From an uncultured Clostridia bacterium (GTDB taxonomy: Bacteria; Bacillota; Clostridia; Christensenellales; UBA1242): a stretch of DNA of 64,000 bases. A model generated the notes under the pieces. That model was not told the DNA's origin. It made no database searches and saw only the letters and a program-made list of their open reading frames with translations. Location of the stretch: assembly GCA_934747885.1 (NCBI GenBank), contig CAKVHE010000001.1, positions 445,584 through 509,583 of the forward strand. The letters are read 5' to 3'. Of the stretch, positions 16,246 to 25,576 are shown piece by piece. Position 1 is the stretch's first letter. Every line of letters begins with the position of its first letter. The position numbers and the translations under genes are program-made.

Positions 16246-17556
16246 TTAGTTTACAATTTTTGCCGCGTTTGCCGTAAAGGTTACAGTGCAAGTCAGTCCG
16301 GCGCGCAAGACGGTAAATTCTACCTCGTCGCCCGCTTGCAAATCTAGCATAATTTGTTCTAGCGCAAAAATGCGGTCTATAAGCACTTCTGTCTGATTTC
16401 CGTTTTTGTAATACTTTGCCGAAACAAATTCATCACCGCTTTTTAGCCCGTTTGTATCGCGCGACATAACCATGGTATAGTTGGTGCAAATTTTACCATT
16501 TTCTGCCAAACTTGCACGTTTGTCTGTGGTGCCGTAATCGGTGCCATAAACCAGCGCGTTGGAAGCTAGGCGCACCTTGCCGTTTGCTCTTATTATGTTT
16601 CTTGCAACGCTTTCGGCAATGTTTATTGGTATGGTGTAATTCATACCATGAATAACCTCTTTGTAAATAAGGCTACCCGTGGTTCGGTTTACGTCTAGAT
16701 ATTTGGCGTTTACTATGCCAAGTAGTTCGCCCTGAGCGTTGTAAAGTCCGCCACCGCTATTACCACTGTTTACGTCCGCGCTAACCGACAAATAAAACCC
16801 GCATGAGCCCGATGAGGTCATAACATCTTCTTCTACCGCAACCACGCCGGTGGTTAGTCTTAGGTTTCGCGCCATAGAGTTTCCAATAACCACCACGCCT
16901 TCGCCGGCTTTGGCCGTTAGCGAATTTGCGATGCTTGCCGAAACGGCGGACGAAGTTTTTATTTCTTCGCTGTTTTCTATTTTTAAAACCGCTATGTCGT
17001 ATGTGGTGCTAAATCCCACTACTTCTTTTACTTCTATTGGCGTTAGGCTATCCCACAAGAGTATCCAAATGTATGGATATATTTGGGTGTTGCCGCTACT
17101 ATCGGTGTGGGTTATTACGTGCGCGTTGGTTATTATATACGCGGAGCCGTCTAGCACGCTTAGTTCATAAATAACGCCCGACCCGCGCGAAGCCATACTG
17201 CCGCTAAAAAAGTTGGTGGCAGTTCCGCCGTTATTTAGCGTGTTTGCGCTTACGCACACCGTGCTAAGCATACCCTTGGCGCTAGCGTAAGACAAGTCCA
17301 TTTGCTCGCCCGAAATGTTGTAAGTGTAACTATTTTTATTGTGACGTATTTCTACAATCTGTTTAAACATCACGCAGCCAAAAATTGCCAGCACCAAATT
17401 TATTAGCAAACACAAATAAACAATCTTGCTGGTTTTTGCCTTTGGCCGTTTGGCGGGCTTTTCTTCCGGCTCCGGCCTATACGCGCGCCCGCGCAAAATG
17501 GGCTCAGCGTCAAACGGGATTTTTTCTACATCGTCGTCTTCGGTAAAGTGTGACAT
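16246..17556 (-). CDS. HtrA/DegP-like S1C serine protease, membrane anchored
   Basis: Start set to the ATG at 17556 (AGGAGA RBS, just after the upstream stop). TM helix, ITNAHV (His), DIAVLK (Asp), GNSGGGL (Ser), and a PDZ-like C-terminus. Confidence 0.8.
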   Translation of the reverse strand: MSHFTEDDDVEKIPFDAEPILRGRAYRPEPEEKPAKRPKAKTSKIVYLCLLINLVLAIFGCVMFKQIVEIRHNKNSYTYNISGEQMDLSYASAKGMLSTVCVSANTLNNGGTATNFFSGSMASRGSGVIYELSVLDGSAYIITNAHVITHTDSSGNTQIYPYIWILLWDSLTPIEVKEVVGFSTTYDIAVLKIENSEEIKTSSAVSASIANSLTAKAGEGVVVIGNSMARNLRLTTGVVAVEEDVMTSSGSCGFYLSVSADVNSGNSGGGLYNAQGELLGIVNAKYLDVNRTTGSLIYKEVIHGMNYTIPINIAESVARNIIRANGKVRLASNALVYGTDYGTTDKRASLAENGKICTNYTMVMSRDTNGLKSGDEFVSAKYYKNGNQTEVLIDRIFALEQIMLDLQAGDEVEFTVLRAGLTCTVTFTANAAKIVN

Positions 17557-17564
17557 ATCTTCTC

Positions 17565-19121
17565 CTATTTTATTGGGGCTTTTTTTGCTTTTATTATGCC
17601 ATAAATGCCAAAGCCTAAGGCTGTGGCGGCAATCACGCCGAGTGTTACCCACAAAAATACTTGGGTGGAACCTTTAGTTTCGGTGGGACTTGCGGCCACC
17701 ATAACCTTAAAGGTGTTGTCGGTTAGCCCGTCTTCGTTTTCGCCACCGGTTAGTCTTGATGACAATATTTTTATGGACAAGTTTGCCTCGCCAGATTTTT
17801 TGGCTTTTATTACTATATAATTTTCGGCGCGGTTCCACTCCACAATTTCCACAATTTCGGGCGCGGTACTGGTTATTTCTAGTTCGTACCCTGCTGTTAC
17901 AAATGCCGAATGCACTCTATATGAAATTTTTTGAGTGCCGTCCACTGACAAACTTGCGCTACTAGTTGTAAACCATGCGCCATTGCCATAACTAGAAACA
18001 TCAAAATCGCTACTGCTTAGGGCAATAATTGAGCCGTAACTATCTTGCAATTTTATGGCGTAAATTAAGGTGTAGGTGTTGGCAGTAAGCACCACACCCG
18101 AGGCACCAAACGCCAAATTTTGAGTGTTGCTTGCACTGCCGTTTTGGCTAAGTTGAACCAAAAAGTAATCGGTAATGCGTGCCGATGGTTTGGCAATTTC
18201 AGCAAAATAGTTTAAGTCACCAATGTACGCGTAGTCAAAAACTTCGTAAACTTCTGGAAGTTTTGGCAGTGCCTCGCCTTTATAAAAATCGCCTTTTAAA
18301 AAGTCGTGAACGCTCTTGTACGAAATTTGCGCCACATCCTGTCGCTCCGTTACGCCAACAATAGTTTTTGGCGACAAAGCAAGGCAAATGTCATAAAAAT
18401 ATAGTTTTGGTGCCGGCAAACCCACATCCAAATTTTGTTGTGAAATTTTTAAGGTGGATATTGCGTTAAAGCCAGTTATGTTATTTTCGCTGTCGCGAGT
18501 GAACAAATCACCCGTTATGGTGCCCGCCGTGCTAGATAGTGGCAATACCAGTTTTGTCCAGCCGTATGGCACTTTGCTCTCTTGTTTGTACACTTTGAGG
18601 TCTAGTGCGCTATAAGTGCGATTTTCGCCCAGCAGTTCATCCAATTTGGTCTTGCTAATATCCCAAACAATTTTGTTAGCGCCCGAAGCGTCGGTTAGTT
18701 CCACTTTTAGCCCCTTTGAAAAGGCTTCGCCAGTGTACATCCAAAAGCATAGTGCTAGTTTGGTTGGATCATCAACTTTTGCAAACTCGCTGGCACTAAA
18801 TGAACTTGAAACAGTTATGCTATCGCTATAATAGTTTTTGTTTTCGTCTGCACCGGTCTGCAATTTGGGAACCAAACTCACCCCGCTCATTCGCGCGCCG
18901 GTAACAGCGCTCTGCTGTGGTGTAAAGGTGCTAACCTGCCCTGCCGTAACCCCATATGCCGAAAGGGCGTCATTAAAATTGGTTGGCAAAAGTTCTATTT
19001 TTAGTTCGGTTGTTTCGGCACTTGCAACAAATTTAGCGCTGCAAACGCCCGCGCCCACCACGCCAAGGGTAAGCGCCAAACAACAAACACACAGTAAAAA
19101 TTTTTTAAAAACTTTTGTCAT
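17565..19121 (-). CDS. Surface protein with signal peptide, Big_2-like domain and C-terminal TM anchor
   Basis: Signal peptide MTKVFKKFLLCVCCLALTLG, an Ig-like segment (IVIKAKKSGEANLSIKI), and a C-terminal hydrophobic helix followed by KAKKAPIK. Confidence 0.6.
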   Translation of the reverse strand: MTKVFKKFLLCVCCLALTLGVVGAGVCSAKFVASAETTELKIELLPTNFNDALSAYGVTAGQVSTFTPQQSAVTGARMSGVSLVPKLQTGADENKNYYSDSITVSSSFSASEFAKVDDPTKLALCFWMYTGEAFSKGLKVELTDASGANKIVWDISKTKLDELLGENRTYSALDLKVYKQESKVPYGWTKLVLPLSSTAGTITGDLFTRDSENNITGFNAISTLKISQQNLDVGLPAPKLYFYDICLALSPKTIVGVTERQDVAQISYKSVHDFLKGDFYKGEALPKLPEVYEVFDYAYIGDLNYFAEIAKPSARITDYFLVQLSQNGSASNTQNLAFGASGVVLTANTYTLIYAIKLQDSYGSIIALSSSDFDVSSYGNGAWFTTSSASLSVDGTQKISYRVHSAFVTAGYELEITSTAPEIVEIVEWNRAENYIVIKAKKSGEANLSIKILSSRLTGGENEDGLTDNTFKVMVAASPTETKGSTQVFLWVTLGVIAATALGFGIYGIIKAKKAPIK

Positions 19122-19133
19122 ACCTTTGTTTCC

Positions 19134-19823
19134 TTAAAACAATTTTGGGGCAATGTTTTGAATTTGCCAATCTATTGGCGTCAAATTATGTTCAACCAAA
19201 AACTTGTTGGCTTGTGAAAAATGCTTGCAACCAAAAAATCCGTTATGTGCCGAAAGTGGACTTGGATGCGACGCATACAATATTTTGTGCTTTTTTGTAT
19301 CAATTAAACCTGCTTTTTGTTTTGCATTTGCTCCCCAAAGCAAAAACACAACCGGTGTGGACTTTTTGTTAAGTGAGGAAATTACTGCATCGGTAAATTT
19401 TTCCCAGCCCAAATCGTGATGCGAGTTTGGTTCGCCCTCTCTAACCGTTAGCACAGTGTTTAACAAAAGCACACCTTGCTTTGCCCAAGGAACCAAGTAG
19501 CCGTTGTCTGGAACAAACCCGCCAATGTCACTAACAATTTCTTTGTAAATATTAACAAGTGAAGGTGGCGTTTTTATGCCCGGCAAAACCGAAAATGCCA
19601 CGCCGTGCGCCTGCCCGGCGCCATGGTACGGGTCTTGCCCCAAAATTACCACTTTTACGTCGTCGTAATCGGTATATTTTAGGCTGGCAAAAATTTTGTT
19701 TGGTGCGGGATATACTTTGCTAACTTTGTATTCGTGGTCAACCTTGTTAATTAGGTCGTCAAAATACGGCTTTTGATACTCCTCTTCCAAAACTTCGTCC
19801 CATTTGTTTCCAATAAGTTTCAT
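19134..19823 (-). CDS. ung: Uracil-DNA glycosylase
   Basis: GQDPYHGAGQAHG and HPSPLSA motifs. Confidence 0.92.
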   Translation of the reverse strand: MKLIGNKWDEVLEEEYQKPYFDDLINKVDHEYKVSKVYPAPNKIFASLKYTDYDDVKVVILGQDPYHGAGQAHGVAFSVLPGIKTPPSLVNIYKEIVSDIGGFVPDNGYLVPWAKQGVLLLNTVLTVREGEPNSHHDLGWEKFTDAVISSLNKKSTPVVFLLWGANAKQKAGLIDTKKHKILYASHPSPLSAHNGFFGCKHFSQANKFLVEHNLTPIDWQIQNIAPKLF

Positions 19824-19843
19824 ACTCTTTTGTCCTTTGCTTT

Positions 19844-20761
19844 TTATTTTTCAAATTTTAGTATATATCTCCCCGCCATGGTGCCAGCAATTGCGCCATC
19901 ACCACACGCAGTTATTATCTGCCTAACCTTCTTTTGTCTTATGTCACCGCACGCAAACACGCCTTCGAGGTTTGTTTCCATATCTTCATTGGTAAGCAAA
20001 TATCCATACACATCTTTTTCTACATCTACAAATGTTTCGCTGTTTGGTCTTCTGCCCGCACAAACAAACACGCCGTCTGTTTCCAAGGCGTGCTCAACGC
20101 CGTCCTTTTTATACTTTATGCCTTGCAGATTTTCTTCGCCGTAAATTTCGGTTACTTGTGCGTCGGCAAGCAAGTGCAAGTTAGGGATAGTCGCGGCCTT
20201 TTGTTGATAGTTTTGGTTGGCTTGAAAGGTTGGCAAAATGTTAATTAGTGTAACATCTTTTGCGATGTTGGATAGCAACATAGCGTCTTCAAAGGCTGTG
20301 TTCCCGCCGCCAACTACAACCACCTTTTTGTCTTTATAAAAAGCGCCGTCGCAAACTGCGCAGTAATGCACCCCTCTGCCCAAAAACTGGTCTTCACCTT
20401 TAACGCAAAGTTCACGCGGTCTGCAACCTGCCGAAATAATAACCACCGGCGCTTCCATGGTGCCTGAATATTCGGTGGTTACTTGCTTTGTATGGTCTAG
20501 CAAATTTAGGTCAGTAATGGAATCATACAAAATTTCCACGCCCAAATTTTCTGCATGGGCTTGCATTTTTTTAATCAGTTCAAAGCTGCTAATGTTTTCT
20601 AGCCCTGTGTAGTTGTCCACTTTGGCGGTGTAGTTTATTTGACCGCCCACCCCAAGACATTCAATAATTAAAGTTTTTAGGTTGTTGCGCGTGGTATAAA
20701 TGCCCGCCGTTAACCCCGCCGGCCCCGCGCCAATAATTATTACATCGTACTTAGTCGTCAT
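19844..20761 (-). CDS. trxB: Thioredoxin-disulfide reductase
   Basis: GAGPAG FAD motif, redox CAVCDG, GGGNTA NADPH motif. Confidence 0.9.
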   Translation of the reverse strand: MTTKYDVIIIGAGPAGLTAGIYTTRNNLKTLIIECLGVGGQINYTAKVDNYTGLENISSFELIKKMQAHAENLGVEILYDSITDLNLLDHTKQVTTEYSGTMEAPVVIISAGCRPRELCVKGEDQFLGRGVHYCAVCDGAFYKDKKVVVVGGGNTAFEDAMLLSNIAKDVTLINILPTFQANQNYQQKAATIPNLHLLADAQVTEIYGEENLQGIKYKKDGVEHALETDGVFVCAGRRPNSETFVDVEKDVYGYLLTNEDMETNLEGVFACGDIRQKKVRQIITACGDGAIAGTMAGRYILKFEK

Positions 20762-21068
20762 CTTTCACCCACTTTGCATAAATTGTTAAATCTTTTTTAG
20801 TTGCCGTTTTATAATCAAACTCGGTAGTAAAATGCTCGTCCAAATAGTAGCCGTCAAACCTATAACCTTCGCGAGTTGGCTCTTTTTCTAGCACCACGCT
20901 GGAACCTACCGAATATTCTTGCACCAAAGTTTCACCATAACCCATATTTATTGAAATGGTGATTGTTTTATTTTTAGAATTGTCAATAATTTTATATAGC
21001 ACTACGCCAAGCACTGCAAACACAATAACCGACGCAATTGCAAAAATCAACACGGAGCGTTTTTTCAT
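20751..21068 (-). CDS. Small membrane-anchored protein with one Listeria/Bacteroides-type repeat
   Basis: TM helix followed by REGYRFDGYYLDEHFTTEF...IYAKW. Confidence 0.6.
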   Translation of the reverse strand: MKKRSVLIFAIASVIVFAVLGVVLYKIIDNSKNKTITISINMGYGETLVQEYSVGSSVVLEKEPTREGYRFDGYYLDEHFTTEFDYKTATKKDLTIYAKWVKDDD

Positions 21069-21261
21069 ATGATAACCCCTTATTATACTTATATTTGTAT
21101 TATTATACTACATTTGTGAGTTTTTACAAAGCAATTTGCCTCGATTTTTAATCTTTTTTGCAAAATGCCAAACGGGAGCGGCCTTGCGGAGAGGCGCGCG
21201 CAAAACATTGCAGCAAAATGTTGCGCCAAAAATAATTGTATGATATAATTTGGAAAGTATT

Positions 21262-22074
21262 ATGAATAAAAGATTTTTGTTAGTGCGAATTGCTTTTTTT
21301 GCTTTTTCGCTATTTTTGTTTTTAACCTTTTTTATGCCGTCCTTTGAACTAAACGAGTATACCGAATATCAATTTAATTACGGCTACGAAAACAAACAAT
21401 ACCAAAGTTCCACCAAACCGCTGGCCACCAAAATTTCGGCTTACGATATGGTGAAAATGCTTTTTGTGCCTGCAAAATCTTATACCAAAGTTAAGGCCGA
21501 CTATGCCGAACTCGAAGCCGAACTGGCCGAAAAACTTACCACCGGCGAACTTTCTGCCGAAGAATACAACGCAACGCTTGCAAGCGACCATCGTACCAGC
21601 CAGTTTTATCTTTATAGCATCTATTTTAGAAGTGAACGCTTTGAAATTTTACAACAAAAAATTACCACCTATTGCATAATTTTCTTTGCACTGTGGATAC
21701 TGTTTTTTGTTTATGCCGTGCTTAACTTTATTAACATTTTTGCAAATAGCAGTTTGCTTATTACCGCCAACTACCAAATATCCTTGTTTTGTTCGGCGTT
21801 GTGGCTAATTTACATAATTTTCTGCTTTGCGTTTTCGTCCACTGCCGAAAACATGATGCTTTCGGGCAGAGTGGTGCAAACCACCATAACCGCTGGCGCA
21901 CCAAAGTTTATTGCATTTTTTAGTCTGGTGGCCTGCATTGCCTTTTTTGTGATAGCAAAAGTGTTTAACAACTACTATCAAATTGAAGCAAACCGTCTAA
22001 AAGAAGTACCTGATATCATCGCTTACAAATACAGCAAGCCAAAGTACAAACACTCGCTTAACAAAAGGAAATAA
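21262..22074 (+). CDS. Polytopic membrane protein, unknown function
   Basis: ATG at 21262 downstream of TGATATAAT (21241-21249). Several hydrophobic helices. Confidence 0.6.
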   Translation: MNKRFLLVRIAFFAFSLFLFLTFFMPSFELNEYTEYQFNYGYENKQYQSSTKPLATKISAYDMVKMLFVPAKSYTKVKADYAELEAELAEKLTTGELSAEEYNATLASDHRTSQFYLYSIYFRSERFEILQQKITTYCIIFFALWILFFVYAVLNFINIFANSSLLITANYQISLFCSALWLIYIIFCFAFSSTAENMMLSGRVVQTTITAGAPKFIAFFSLVACIAFFVIAKVFNNYYQIEANRLKEVPDIIAYKYSKPKYKHSLNKRK

Positions 22075-22076
22075 TT

Positions 22077-23387
22077 ATGCTTAACAAAAATGATACATTA
22101 CGTGTTACCATCGTTGACCTAAACGACGATGGTCAGGGCATTGCCAAGGTTGACGGCGAAGTTATTTTTGTGCCAAACGCTTTGGTGGGTGAAGAAGTTG
22201 ATATTGTAATAATAAATGCCAAAAGCAAATTTAAAATTGGCAAAGTGCAAAACCGCCTAGTTTCTAGCAGTGAACGCGTGAAGCCGGAGTGTCCGTACTT
22301 CCCCGCTTGTGGAGGCTGCACTATTATGCACCTAAATTACGACGCCCAATTGAGCTTAAAACGCAAGCGCGTGGTATCGGCTTTGGCGCGCATTGGGGAT
22401 ATTTTGTTTGATGTTGACCCAGTTGTACCAAGCGAGCGTTTGCATTATCGCAACAAACTAGCGCTGCCCGTAAACGAAAAAGGTGAAATTGGGCTATATC
22501 GCACCAACACGCACACCATTGTGCCAATTGATGATTGTCTTACCACTTTGCCTTACGCGCGCAAACTTATTGGCGTGTTAAAAACCTATTTGGCGCAAGT
22601 TTTAGTAGCGGACGGCACCAACAAACACATCAAGCACTTTGTTGCAAGACAAGTTGGAGATAGTTTGCTGGTTTGCGTGGTAACAAACGGAAAGACTTTG
22701 CCAAAAAAGGAAATTTTTGTTAGCCTAATAACTTCCGCCTTTAAAAAGGTGTGCATCAGCCAAAACATAAACGAACTAAACAACAACGTTATTTTTTCAA
22801 ACAACTTTAAACTAATTTATGGCGAGCCGGCAAAAGCAAGCGCCTTTGGCGTTAACTATACTTTATCTAGTGCTAGCTTTGCACAAATAAACGACCAAAT
22901 CTGCGCGCGGATTTATGGCGACATTGTTGACCAAATAAATACCGCCGATGTGGTGGTGGACGCATACAGCGGTGCGGGGCTACTTTCAAGCATAATGGCA
23001 AAAAAAGCCAGAGTCGTCTATGGAATTGAAATAATAAAGCCCGCCACCGAAGACGCCGACAAACTTAAAAAAGCCAACGGCATAACCAACCTTTTTAACA
23101 TAAACGGTGATTGCGCACAAAAATTGCCCGAACTGGTTAAAAAAATAACCGACCCATTTACCGTGGTGCTTGACCCACCTCGCAAGGGCGCCGACCCAAA
23201 GGTGCTAAACGCCATTTGCAAAAGTGCCCCACGCAAGATAATTTATTTGTCTTGCAACCCTTCTACCCTAGCGCGGGACCTAAAAATTCTGCTTGCCGCA
23301 AACTACCGCCTAACCAGCGTTACGCCCTACGATATGTTCCCTTGCACCAGCCATGTAGAAACGCTAGCAATTTTGGAAAAAATTTAG
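22077..23387 (+). CDS. rlmD: 23S rRNA (uracil-C5)-methyltransferase, RlmD/RumA family
   Basis: N-terminal TRAM domain, Fe-S cysteines CPYFPACGGC, DPPRKG, and a C-terminal catalytic Cys region. Confidence 0.85.
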   Translation: MLNKNDTLRVTIVDLNDDGQGIAKVDGEVIFVPNALVGEEVDIVIINAKSKFKIGKVQNRLVSSSERVKPECPYFPACGGCTIMHLNYDAQLSLKRKRVVSALARIGDILFDVDPVVPSERLHYRNKLALPVNEKGEIGLYRTNTHTIVPIDDCLTTLPYARKLIGVLKTYLAQVLVADGTNKHIKHFVARQVGDSLLVCVVTNGKTLPKKEIFVSLITSAFKKVCISQNINELNNNVIFSNNFKLIYGEPAKASAFGVNYTLSSASFAQINDQICARIYGDIVDQINTADVVVDAYSGAGLLSSIMAKKARVVYGIEIIKPATEDADKLKKANGITNLFNINGDCAQKLPELVKKITDPFTVVLDPPRKGADPKVLNAICKSAPRKIIYLSCNPSTLARDLKILLAANYRLTSVTPYDMFPCTSHVETLAILEKI

Positions 23388-23555
23388 TTTAATAGTCTGC
23401 ATTTTTAAAAGGGTTTTTAACAAAAACTAAAATATTGTTAAAAACTCTTTACCTTTTACGCCTTTGCTTGCTAAAACAAACTTGTGCCACCATCTTGCAA
23501 ATTTTGAGTTTTGTGATATAATATATACAATAAAAACTATTTGGGGGATCCAAAA

Positions 23556-24056
23556 ATGTCAAAATCACCTTATGATGAATTAGCAAAATTGCAACAAGAA
23601 TTTGTATTTAATACTTACGCCGTTGTAGAACAAGCCAAAAACGGAAAACAACATGTTATAGAAAGTTTTTTATCTAGCAGAGAAGCAAGCGCTGCAAAAC
23701 ATTATCTAACTGGCAGACGCGCTGGCCATAAGGACATAAGTTACAGCGTTGTAAAAACCGAACACCGTATGGAAGACAACGAAAGACCAGTTGTAATTTG
23801 GGACGACGAAGCATTAAAAAATTCCGGCTCAATGATTTTTTACAAAGTGTCTTTGCCTTCAAGCGACGTAGTTAGCACTTGGAGCAACAAAACCGCTGCC
23901 GAAGATTTTGCAAAAGCGGCTGCTGACGTTTTTAAAAAGCCATCTTATAACGTAACAGTGGAAGGCTTGCACTTTTCGGGGCTAGAAAGATTTCTTAAGG
24001 TTTATTCATCCATCGACCTAGACAAAATTTTCAATGGCGACGAAAACGAACAATAA
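23556..24056 (+). CDS. Hypothetical protein
   Basis: ATG at 23556 with a GGGGGA RBS. No family recognised. Confidence 0.55.
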   Translation: MSKSPYDELAKLQQEFVFNTYAVVEQAKNGKQHVIESFLSSREASAAKHYLTGRRAGHKDISYSVVKTEHRMEDNERPVVIWDDEALKNSGSMIFYKVSLPSSDVVSTWSNKTAAEDFAKAAADVFKKPSYNVTVEGLHFSGLERFLKVYSSIDLDKIFNGDENEQ

Positions 24057-24077
24057 AAATTAAAAACCTACTTAACC

Positions 24078-24111
24078 AAAAGGTTGGAGAACAAAAGTTC
24101 TTCAACCTTTT
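24078..24111. terminator. Hairpin terminator; inverted copy of the 3490-3522 hairpin
   Basis: AAAAGGTTGGAGAAC-aaaa-GTTCTTCAACCTTTT. The arms equal the reverse complement of the 3490 element (AAAAGGTTGGAGAA / TTCTTCAACCTT). Confidence 0.65.
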
Positions 24112-24148
24112 GCGTTACAAATTGAAAATTTAAAGGAGATATGATATA

Positions 24149-24762
24149 ATGAATTCATTAAAAAACATTTTAGAAAATTGGGTACAAATAAACGACGACA
24201 GTTGCCCACTTACTATTGCTGATTTTTCTTACTCGACTTGGGTCACCCTACCAGCCAATTACAGACATTGCGAAATGTGTGTAACAATTAACAAGTGCTG
24301 GTTTAAAGATGAACCAAATAAAATTCCGCAAGCACAAAACTATGATGCACAGGCAAAATTAAACTATATATTAAGCGGTAAAACCGTAGGGCTATATCAC
24401 TATGGGTGTCATTGTAAAAAACGGAAATCTTCCCACGCGACATAAACGATATAAAATTGATTATTCCTCAAGGTAAAATTGATTGGTTACTAAACGACAA
24501 AGGCAATTGGATCAAAACCCTTGGCTACGATTTAAACCAAGAGTTTGTTAATACTTTATCCGAGTGCATTTTAAAACATTATTTTTATGGCGACTACGTA
24601 ATCGAAAATCATACAAAGTATGGCGTAAGAATAAAGATAAACTTTACACTACCTGGCTCTAAAGAAAAAATTTTGAAATTGTATAAACTAAAAGCAAGCT
24701 TTATGGTTTTCCCACACGGGACAATAAAGTGCAACACTTTAATAGGAGGTTGGCAAAATTAA
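24149..24762 (+). pseudogene. MuF-tail-like Cys/His motif protein with a DUF6883-like C-terminal domain, split by a frameshift at an A6 run
   Basis: ORF 24149-24445 (HCEMC...LYHYGCHCKK) stops 8 codons after the A-run at 24416-24421. The +1 frame is open from 24418 and reads ...KTEIFPRDINDIKLIIPQGKIDWLLNDKGNW... into ORF 24457-24762. That second ORF otherwise needs a TTG start with no RBS. Confidence 0.5.
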
Positions 24763-25143
24763 ATGAAATACCTAGACAAAGTTGAAGTCACTACCGACAC
24801 CCCACAATATCTAGCCCAAAAGGTGCACAAAGGCATGATTGGCACCATTATTGATCCCGAAATTAGATATTGCACCTTTAATGTAATTTTTATAGATGAA
24901 CGATTTGGCGACCCTGAGTTTTTTAAAAATGAAGACAATATGTACCTATTAAAAGACGACATAATTTGCCCAATTGACATTCGTCATCTAAAACTCGTTT
25001 TGGACAATCATAGCACTGACGAAATGATAATAGACAGTTTGCCGAGTCCTGACCTTCGCTGGTGGTGCAAGGTGGAAAATGGCTACATTCTAAACGCCAA
25101 AGGCGAGCGCAAAAACAAAATCGCTTACGACTATGATAGTTAA
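24763..25143 (+). CDS. Hypothetical protein, DUF4926-like N-terminus; tandem paralogue 1 (immunity-like)
   Basis: Its ATG abuts the previous stop (TAAATG). The last 27 aa are identical to the next gene. Confidence 0.65.
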   Translation: MKYLDKVEVTTDTPQYLAQKVHKGMIGTIIDPEIRYCTFNVIFIDERFGDPEFFKNEDNMYLLKDDIICPIDIRHLKLVLDNHSTDEMIIDSLPSPDLRWWCKVENGYILNAKGERKNKIAYDYDS

Positions 25144-25155
25144 AAGGACAAACCA

Positions 25156-25530
25156 GTGAAACTTTTAGATGATGTTATTGTAACAAACGACAACTACGCA
25201 AATGAAGGCGTACACAAAGGTATGCGTGGAACTATTTTGGACGCGCCCATTTTTTGGAACTCATTTTTTGTAAACTTTCAAGACCATCGCGCTTACGACA
25301 AAGAATTTATGCGCGTTCAGGAAAACATTTTTAAGTTACATGATGACATTTATATTCCGGTAAACATAAAAGATTTAGAGGTAATAGAGCCTTCAAATCT
25401 AACCGATGCGGAACTTGCTGAGGCGTTGTCACCTGAACATAAAGACTGGTGGTGCAAGGTGGAAAACGGCTACATTCTAAACGCCAAAGGCGAACGCAAA
25501 AACAAAATTGCTTACGACTACGATAGTTAA
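25156..25530 (+). CDS. Hypothetical protein, DUF4926-like N-terminus; tandem paralogue 2
   Basis: GTG start with an AAGGA RBS. Shares KLLDDV..., VHKGM.GTI and the WWCKVENGYILNAKGERKNKIAYDYDS tail. Confidence 0.65.
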   Translation: MKLLDDVIVTNDNYANEGVHKGMRGTILDAPIFWNSFFVNFQDHRAYDKEFMRVQENIFKLHDDIYIPVNIKDLEVIEPSNLTDAELAEALSPEHKDWWCKVENGYILNAKGERKNKIAYDYDS

Positions 25531-25534
25531 AAAT

Positions 25535-25571
25535 AAAAAAATATGTCACGACTTTTCGTGACATATTTTTT
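25535..25571. terminator. Bidirectional terminator
   Basis: ATATGTCACG-actttt-CGTGACATAT flanked by an A-run and a T-run, between convergent genes. Confidence 0.75.
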
Positions 25572-25576
25572 ACTTA

